This document shows, one piece after another, positions 28,811 to 35,715 of a stretch of 64,000 nucleotides of DNA. Positions within the stretch are counted from its first letter, which is position 1; each line of letters starts with the position of its first letter. The notes under the pieces are model-generated. The model was not told the DNA's origin. It did no database searches and saw nothing but the letters and a program-made list of their open reading frames with translations. Location: assembly GCA_046290225.1 (NCBI GenBank), contig JBKAGE010000076.1, positions 32,001-96,000 of the forward strand, given 5' to 3'. The stretch is from Bradymonadia bacterium (GTDB lineage Bacteria > Myxococcota_A > Bradymonadia > UBA7976 > UBA1532). The position numbers were made by a program, and so were the translations under genes.

Positions 28811-31213
28811 GTGAACGCCGCCCCCAATACACGCTGGTCGCTCACGCTGAGCACCCTGTTGCTGTTGTCGCTCCCAGTGACCCTGCTGCTGGCCCATGCC
28901 GCGGAATACATGCCCTTTGTCGCCGACGATGCGCTGATCTCGTTGCGGTATGCCGATCGGCTGCTCGCGGGTGAGGGACTGAACTGGACCGCAGGGGCCC
29001 CAGTGGAGGGCTATTCGAACCTGCTCTGGATTCTGCTCGACGCTGCTCTGGGGGTCTTGGGTGTCGATCTCATCGACGGCGCTCGATTGTTGGGGATGGC
29101 CAGCACCGTGGGGGTGTTGTGGGCCATGGGGCGTCTGCACGGTGGCGGGGGTTTGCCTGGCCTACTGGCGATCTGGGTGGCTGGGGCGGCCTTTGTGCTG
29201 TGTGGTCCGGTGGCGATCTGGGCCATCGGCGGCCTCGAGCAGCCCCTCGTGGCATTTCTGCTGGCCTGGGGCGTGGTCCGGTGGGGCTCGATCTCGGCGA
29301 CGACCACGCTGCGCGAGGCCATCTCTGCAGGCATCCCCCTGGGCTTGCTGTGTCTGACCCGACCTGACGGCGCTCTGCTGGCGGGGCTCTTCGGCCTCAC
29401 CCTCGTCATCCTCGACCGGGGCCGAAAGCGGGCTTGGCGCCAAGCGGTGGGGCTGGGTCTCTGGCCCGTGGGGCTCACCCTCGCCCAGCTGATCTTCAGG
29501 CTGGCCTACTACGACGACTGGGTCCCCAACACAGCCCACCTCAAAGCCAGCTGGACCTCGGTACGCTTCTGGGAGGGGGTCGATTACATCATCGCCGGCC
29601 TCGAAGGCTGCGCCCCTCTGGCGCTGTTGAGCACTCTGGGCATCTATGCCGCCATCTGTGGGCACCGGCGCCGAGAGGCGGTGCTGTTGGTGGTCGTGTC
29701 GGTGGTGTGGCTGGGCTATGTGGCCTCGGTAGGCGGCGACATCTTCCCCGCTCACCGGCACCTGCTCCCCGCGCTGGCCTGCTTTGCTCTGCTCTCGGCG
29801 AGCGGCATCCGGTGGCTCACCACCGATCTCGCCCCCAAACACGTGGGGGCCTGGGGTCTGATGTCGGTGGCCCTGCTGTACGGCCACTACGCCCTCCAGG
29901 GCCACGACTTCGCCAACAAGCGCGCCAAGATGGAGCGCTGGGAGTGGGACGGCCTGACCATCGGGCCCATGCTCCGCGCCGCCATCGGTGATCGAGATCC
30001 GCTGCTGGCCGTGACCGCCGCCGGCGCCCTGCCCTACTTCTCGGGCTTCCGCAGTCTCGATATGCAGGGCCTCAACGACCGGCACATCGCCCAGCAGCCT
30101 CCACAAAAGGGCGCATGGCTCGCCCATGATCGAGGCGACGGCAAATACGTGCTCGATCAGAAGCCCGATCTCATGGTCTTCGGTGGCGTGATCGGCGGAC
30201 CGCCGAAGTTCGTCTCCGGCAGTCAGATGTACCGGGACAAACGGCTCAAGCGTCACTACCGCATGATCACCCTCGAGGGCTTCGACCCGCACCGGGCGGT
30301 GAGCCGCCCCTGGGTGCGCCTCGATGGTGCCCTGGGCCTGCAGATCTCACCCGATCGCGTCGAGGTGCCCGGGCACTTCTTCTCCGAGTCGGTGGGCCAG
30401 CCCCTGAGCGATGGGCGCCTCGGCGCCCGGTTCACTGAAGACACCCCCGCCGAGAGCCTGCACGTTCAACTCTCCCCCGGCCCGTGGCAGGTGGAGATCA
30501 TGCCTCCGGAGGCGAATCTGCAGGTGGAGATCGTCAATGTGGGCGATCAGCCCGCGCAGGCAGTGGCTGGGCCCAAAGGGGGCATACAGATCGCGAAGAC
30601 GCAGCGTGTTCAGCTGCGGCTCACCGCCCGCAGGGCAGACACCGTGGTGTCGAGCATCGCCCTGGTGAAGCGATCTTTCGGAGGACAACGACGATCCCTC
30701 GCCCCCAAGGCGTCGGTGACGCTTCACACGCCGAAGCTCACCCCCCGAACCATGGTGAAGGTGATCGGCAGCTTCAAAGAAGGCCTCGACGGCTGGCACG
30801 TCTCGGGCGACGCCTTTGAGCGGAACCCTCACCACGGCCCCAAGGGCAAGTACAGCAAACGGCAAAAAGGCATGAAGGGCTACACAGGCCCCATGCTCAA
30901 CACGTACCACGGCGAAGATGGGGACGAGGCCCGCGGGTGGGCCTCGAGCCCGACCTTCACCCCAGAGCAGGGGCAGATTCTGGAGTTCCGCATCGGCGGC
31001 GGCGACAACCGGGTGGAGCTGCAATTGCTCGATGTGGCCGACGGCATCGAGCGCCCGGTGATGGCCTGGACCGGCCCGCGCTCAGAAGCGCTGGAGACCC
31101 GCCGGTATGACCTCTCTCTTCATGCAGGCCGCACACTTCGGCTGAAGCTGGTAGACGACGCCGACCTCGGCTGGGGACACATCACCCTCGATGAAGTTCA
31201 AATCCTCCGTTGA
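28811..31213 (+). CDS. Polytopic membrane glycosyltransferase (GT-C-like) with extracytoplasmic C-terminal domains
   Basis: DDALISLRYA..L..G.GL.W..G..VEGYSN.LW, GLEQPL, LTRPDG, YYDDWVPNTAHLK, GGD.FP..R.LLP, AAGALPYFS....DMQGLND. Start GTG 28811 or TTG 28787. Confidence 0.8.
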   Translation: MNAAPNTRWSLTLSTLLLLSLPVTLLLAHAAEYMPFVADDALISLRYADRLLAGEGLNWTAGAPVEGYSNLLWILLDAALGVLGVDLIDGARLLGMASTVGVLWAMGRLHGGGGLPGLLAIWVAGAAFVLCGPVAIWAIGGLEQPLVAFLLAWGVVRWGSISATTTLREAISAGIPLGLLCLTRPDGALLAGLFGLTLVILDRGRKRAWRQAVGLGLWPVGLTLAQLIFRLAYYDDWVPNTAHLKASWTSVRFWEGVDYIIAGLEGCAPLALLSTLGIYAAICGHRRREAVLLVVVSVVWLGYVASVGGDIFPAHRHLLPALACFALLSASGIRWLTTDLAPKHVGAWGLMSVALLYGHYALQGHDFANKRAKMERWEWDGLTIGPMLRAAIGDRDPLLAVTAAGALPYFSGFRSLDMQGLNDRHIAQQPPQKGAWLAHDRGDGKYVLDQKPDLMVFGGVIGGPPKFVSGSQMYRDKRLKRHYRMITLEGFDPHRAVSRPWVRLDGALGLQISPDRVEVPGHFFSESVGQPLSDGRLGARFTEDTPAESLHVQLSPGPWQVEIMPPEANLQVEIVNVGDQPAQAVAGPKGGIQIAKTQRVQLRLTARRADTVVSSIALVKRSFGGQRRSLAPKASVTLHTPKLTPRTMVKVIGSFKEGLDGWHVSGDAFERNPHHGPKGKYSKRQKGMKGYTGPMLNTYHGEDGDEARGWASSPTFTPEQGQILEFRIGGGDNRVELQLLDVADGIERPVMAWTGPRSEALETRRYDLSLHAGRTLRLKLVDDADLGWGHITLDEVQILR

Positions 31214-31443
31214 GGCTTTCTCCTGAATGGCACCCGGCCCATTGCAGTCTTGGGCTCGGGGCAGCGACCACAATCGGGAAAATCATCTCGAAGAATATTC
31301 AACAGAAGGGAAAAGAATCGCTTGGCCCCCCTGTAAACACCCACCAGAGCCCCCTGCCTCTCCTGTATTTATATCTATGGAAATGTAGGGGTCTTGGAAG
31401 CGCGGACAGAAACAGGTAACAGAAGGACTCTCTGGGGAGAGAG

Positions 31444-32310
31444 ATGCAGACCGACGACGCCCTCGATCAACTCATCCGGCAGGCTCTCGCCGAGTCGAAG
31501 CCCGTGGCTGACGCCAACGAGCAGGCGGATGATCACGACCTCGACGACGGGGCGTGGGCACAGTGGGCCCTCGGCACCCTGAGCGACGCCGCACGGGATC
31601 AGGTCGAGGGTCGGCTCGCAGCCGACGCCGAGGCCAGAGCCCTGGCTCAAGCACAGCGCGAGCCCGTGTCGGAAGACCTCGCGCAGTGGGCCCTCGAGCA
31701 ATGGGTCGATGTGCAGAGCGGCGCGTCGTCAAATCAAGCCGGACCTTCGGCACCCGCTGAGCCAGCCCCAACGACGTCGGACACAGACGGCAAGGTGGTC
31801 TCGCTCTGGGGCTGGCGCGCCTGGCCCCTGGCAGCGGCGGCCGCCGTGGCCATCACCGTGGGCAGCGTGCTGTGGTCCACCTCGGGCGTGGTGCCCGGAC
31901 CTCAATACACCGCGGGGCCGCTCATGGGCAGCGCCCGCACCATGCGGTCCGAAGAGCCCGGCACCGGCGTGTTCCTGCCCGACAGCAGGCTACAGGTCGA
32001 TCTCAAACCCCCAGCAGAGCGGGAGACCTTCCCTCAAGTGGTGGTCTACGCGGGGCCCGAGTCAGGGCCCTTCAACCGCATCGACGACGCCAAGATCGTA
32101 CAAGGCTTCGGCGGCGCCCTTCGCCTCAAGGCCCGAGCCGGTGATCTCTTCGCAGATCACTTCGGCCCCAGCCTGCTCGCTGTTTCTCTGGGACCCTGGT
32201 CTCAACCTCCAGCCACGCTCGACGGCCTCGATGACGCCGATCGACGTCAGTGGTTGCGCTTCCCCGTGGACTATCGAAAGACACCGCCCTCAACAGGAGA
32301 GCAGCCATGA
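31444..32310 (+). CDS. Putative single-pass anti-sigma factor (zf-HC2-like N-domain without Zn ligands)
   Basis: AQWALGTLSDAARDQVEGRLAADAEARAL aligns with the anti-sigma pattern .Y..G.L......VE.HL..C..CR; GKVVSL, then TM WPLAAAAAVAITVGSVLW, then a soluble C-domain; same operon as an ECF sigma. Confidence 0.75.
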   Translation: MQTDDALDQLIRQALAESKPVADANEQADDHDLDDGAWAQWALGTLSDAARDQVEGRLAADAEARALAQAQREPVSEDLAQWALEQWVDVQSGASSNQAGPSAPAEPAPTTSDTDGKVVSLWGWRAWPLAAAAAVAITVGSVLWSTSGVVPGPQYTAGPLMGSARTMRSEEPGTGVFLPDSRLQVDLKPPAERETFPQVVVYAGPESGPFNRIDDAKIVQGFGGALRLKARAGDLFADHFGPSLLAVSLGPWSQPPATLDGLDDADRRQWLRFPVDYRKTPPSTGEQP

Positions 32311-35033
32311 GGATGACCTCTCGAAAGACTGGCTTGAAAGCCCTGGCCCTCAGCGCCGCCACCATGTCGCTGATGACCGGATGCCCCATCGGCGAAGCGA
32401 GCGACAGCGCCAGCACAGGCACCACTGACGCCGCGATGCGCGGTGACATCGACCGCCAGGGTGACCCAGCCCGCCGAGGCGACGCTCGACGCCCTGCCCC
32501 CGACGCAGAGCCGGCTCGTGAGCGCGAGCCTGAGCCGCTGCCCGTGGGTGCTGGCCACGTGATTGTCGACGTCGCCCCAGTGTTCACTGATCCAGCAGCT
32601 GACGGGGTGAGGTTCGGCGCCGAGAGCTCACGTGGGCTCGTCGGCGACGGCTGGCGCCGTTACTACGAGGTGCGCTTCCGCCTCGACGACGGCGCCCCCT
32701 CTGACGGCCTGGGCATCCCGGACGACGTGGTGGCCCAGGTGGGCCCCGAGCTTCAGGGCGCCTGCCGCAGCGATCGCTACTTCGTGCACTTCCCAGAGTC
32801 GGACTGGCCCAACGCCCCCTCGGACGGCTTCGAGGAAGCCCTCCGCCGCGGCATGGGGCAACAGGGGTGGTGGTTCACGCCCCCCGAGGAGCCTGATCAT
32901 CGACCCCTCCATGACCGCACATGGTTGCGGGCAGAGAATGAAGCCCAATGTCACGTGGTGGAGGCGATCCGCGAGGCCGCGGCCAGAGCGGAAGAGATCC
33001 GGCCTGATCGGATGGATCGCATCCGCGTGGGCCGCGTCTGCGAGTTCAACGGCATGGGCACCCCGGAGGCCTACTCAGGCCCCATGGTGAGCTGGCACCT
33101 CGAGCGCATGGGCGTCGACGCCGTGCCCGAGCTGCCCAACGTGGGCCCGGTGGTGGATCTATTGCTCTTCGACTCGGGCATCCGCCCAGAGGCCAACATC
33201 CAGGGGGTGGTGGAGCACCCTCCGGTGAGCCTGTTCCCCCTCGCTGATCCGACCTACGACACCCCGGCCCCCCACGGCACCTACATGGCGCAGCTGATGC
33301 GTCAGCTGATCCCTCGGGAGCAGGCCACCATCCACAGCTGGCGGGTGATGGACGAGTTCGGCCGGGGCACCACCCACGATCTGGCCCGCTCGATGTACGA
33401 AGCCCTCGTGCGTCGGGATCGACCGGTGCCGGCGGTGGTGAACCTGAGCCTGGGCTGGCCCGCCGAGCTGAACCGCAAGCGCCAGCTCTACACCCAGGTG
33501 AGCGAAGGCAGCGTGCCCTCCTGCGGCCTCGACGACAACGGCCGCCCCCGCGAGGGTGTGGAGTCGGGGATCGGTGAGGCGGCCCGCTTCATCATCGATC
33601 ACGGCCGTAAGGTCGACGAGGGCCCCCTCGACGTGGCGATCTTCGCCGCTTCGGGGAACCGCCCTGGTCGCGAGGTGGTCACGGATCGCCAGCGCGCCAA
33701 CGATCTCGCCCCCTCGAACGACTACGACGATCCCTGTGCTGTGGGCGAGGCGTTGGAGTCGGCCCCCTGGTCGATGCCTGCAGAGTGGAGCTTCGTCCCC
33801 ACGAGCTGTGAGCCGGGCGTCGACGGCGCCAACGGCACGAGCCACTTCGCCCTCACGGCCGTGGGTGTCTCGGACGGTCTCGAGGGCCAGGGTTTCATGG
33901 CCCGCCCCCACCGCGACGCAGCCCTGGTGGCCCCCGGTGAGCTGGTGGTGGTGGGGGCCGAGACGCCCTCGCCCACGCATGTCTCCGGCAGCTCTGCCTC
34001 CACGGCCCTGGTGAGCGCGGCAGCGGCCCGCTTGCAGATCCGCCGCGCCGCCGAAGGACTGAAAGCCCTCTCCGGCCGCGCGCTGACGCAGCACCTCTAC
34101 CTCACTGGTGTGCCGATGCTGGACGCTGGTGGGGATCGCCTCACGGCCCGCAACCTGGATGTAGAGACGGGCGGCCAGGCCCGCCGCCTCTCGGTCTGCC
34201 GCGCCGAAGCGACGCTGCACTGTCAGGCGGCCTGCCCAGGCTGCCCGAGCGGCCAGGCATGTGGCGAAGCGATGCTCGTCTGCGCCGAGAACTCCGGCAA
34301 CGCCGCCACATCGCCTCTGCCGGGCTTCAACGGCGTGAGCACCACTCCCTTGCGGGTGATCGAGACCTGCGAGGCAACCTGCCTGCAGACCTGCCTGCAG
34401 CACGCAGAGCGTCGGGGCATCAGCTGCCGCACACAGGAGCCGGAGGCGGCGCCGACCTGGGCTCCTGAAGGCATCGACGCGTTTGAGCAGTCAAACCCGG
34501 CCCCGTTTGAAACGCACGATCCTATCGTTTTCGCTGACCCTGCTCTGAACGATTACCTTGCCTTTGAGCTGGACGACGAAGGTCTGCCCATCCCTGATGT
34601 CTACAGCGTAGGGGAGCTTGGGCCTCAGCCGATCATCCCCTTCTGCCCCGACTGCTTCGCCAAGGTGTTCAACCCCATCGATGCGATATCGAACCCTGCG
34701 AACAAACTGTCGATGGATCTATTCATCCAGCCCAACGAACAGTACATCACCAAAACAGGAGAGCCCTCTGTTGCAGTGATGGGGATCACAGCCAAGGTAT
34801 TCCTGCCTTCAGGTGCAATGCACACCGTCGACTTGGAGCCTCCAGCCAACATCGGAGCTTGGTTGCCAGGCCAGGCAGCGGCCGCCTACGAGATTCCTCT
34901 GGGCAACTACTTGGGTGAGCTGAAAGGCACCAAGGTTGTGCTCTACAGCAAGCTGCTTGTCCTCAAGGGTGAGTATGCAGAAAAGACATTCTTTGATGAA
35001 TCCATTGTTTACGTGACAGTGGAAAACCAATGA
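32307..35033 (+). CDS. Subtilisin-like (S8) serine peptidase, lipoprotein
   Basis: Lipobox LMTGC; triad motifs LLFDSGI, PHGTYMA, SGSSASTALVS; VVNLSLG; FAASGN; Cys-rich and PQP..PFCPDC C-terminal region; ATGA overlap with the upstream gene. Confidence 0.85.
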   Translation: MRMTSRKTGLKALALSAATMSLMTGCPIGEASDSASTGTTDAAMRGDIDRQGDPARRGDARRPAPDAEPAREREPEPLPVGAGHVIVDVAPVFTDPAADGVRFGAESSRGLVGDGWRRYYEVRFRLDDGAPSDGLGIPDDVVAQVGPELQGACRSDRYFVHFPESDWPNAPSDGFEEALRRGMGQQGWWFTPPEEPDHRPLHDRTWLRAENEAQCHVVEAIREAAARAEEIRPDRMDRIRVGRVCEFNGMGTPEAYSGPMVSWHLERMGVDAVPELPNVGPVVDLLLFDSGIRPEANIQGVVEHPPVSLFPLADPTYDTPAPHGTYMAQLMRQLIPREQATIHSWRVMDEFGRGTTHDLARSMYEALVRRDRPVPAVVNLSLGWPAELNRKRQLYTQVSEGSVPSCGLDDNGRPREGVESGIGEAARFIIDHGRKVDEGPLDVAIFAASGNRPGREVVTDRQRANDLAPSNDYDDPCAVGEALESAPWSMPAEWSFVPTSCEPGVDGANGTSHFALTAVGVSDGLEGQGFMARPHRDAALVAPGELVVVGAETPSPTHVSGSSASTALVSAAAARLQIRRAAEGLKALSGRALTQHLYLTGVPMLDAGGDRLTARNLDVETGGQARRLSVCRAEATLHCQAACPGCPSGQACGEAMLVCAENSGNAATSPLPGFNGVSTTPLRVIETCEATCLQTCLQHAERRGISCRTQEPEAAPTWAPEGIDAFEQSNPAPFETHDPIVFADPALNDYLAFELDDEGLPIPDVYSVGELGPQPIIPFCPDCFAKVFNPIDAISNPANKLSMDLFIQPNEQYITKTGEPSVAVMGITAKVFLPSGAMHTVDLEPPANIGAWLPGQAAAAYEIPLGNYLGELKGTKVVLYSKLLVLKGEYAEKTFFDESIVYVTVENQ

Positions 35034-35050
35034 GAGACTGAACTCAATCT

Positions 35051-35701
35051 ATGCTCATCATCGCTCTGCTCAGCCTGTGCCTGAGCGTAGCCCTCAAGGC
35101 CAACGCTCAGGATCAAGACAAGCGTCTCATCACCGAGGCGCTGAGCGGAGATCGTACATCGATGCAGCAGATCATTCGACGTCTGCTGCCAGTGATACAG
35201 TCACGGGTACGGGTCTACCTTTCGAGACGTTCGGGACAACGGCTCGGAGGGCAAGACGCAGATGACCTGATTCAGGAAATCTGGTTGGCTCTCATCAAAG
35301 ACGAAGGCCGTGTGCTCATGGCGTATGACCCCGACAGGGGCATGTCACTCGAGGGATACACGGGCCTCATATGCCGCAGGGAGCTGTGGCGCAGGGCTGA
35401 ATCGAGCCAAAGTGAACGCCGGGGGGGCCACTTGAAGCTGGTCGAGCTTGATGAAGCGAGAGACACTCAGAGTCAGGAGAACCCAGAGCAACTTACTGTC
35501 GCTCGCGGAGATCTCAAACGACTCTATACATACCTGATGACCGAGTTGCCACCCAGAGGACAACTGGTATTGATGGCGCTGTATGAGGATGGTCTTTCTG
35601 CCGAACAAGCGGCAGAATTCGTCGGCGTCACCAAACAGGTCATCTACAACTGGCAACACAAAATCCGAAAGCTGTCCCGCGCTTTTCTCGCGCCAACCTA
35701 G
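35051..35701 (+). CDS. ECF-type RNA polymerase sigma factor
   Basis: D.RLI..ALSGD; region 2 DADDLIQEIWLAL..YDPDRG.SL; region 4 LPPRGQLVLMALYEDGLSAEQAAEFVGVTKQVIYNWQHKIRK. Confidence 0.9.
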   Translation: MLIIALLSLCLSVALKANAQDQDKRLITEALSGDRTSMQQIIRRLLPVIQSRVRVYLSRRSGQRLGGQDADDLIQEIWLALIKDEGRVLMAYDPDRGMSLEGYTGLICRRELWRRAESSQSERRGGHLKLVELDEARDTQSQENPEQLTVARGDLKRLYTYLMTELPPRGQLVLMALYEDGLSAEQAAEFVGVTKQVIYNWQHKIRKLSRAFLAPT

Positions 35702-35715
35702 CTCAACTGCACATC

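Noticed and set aside
31330..31372. Autoregulated ECF promoter (TGTAAAC ... TGTATT) upstream of the anti-sigma operon
   Set aside because: The spacing of about 25 bp is too long for a -35/-10 pair; it cannot be supported without homolog alignment.
35030..35041. ATG-AGA-GAC-TGA mini-ORF in frame with the sigma gene (possible readthrough)
   Set aside because: ATGA arises easily by chance at a stop codon; there is no supporting readthrough signal.
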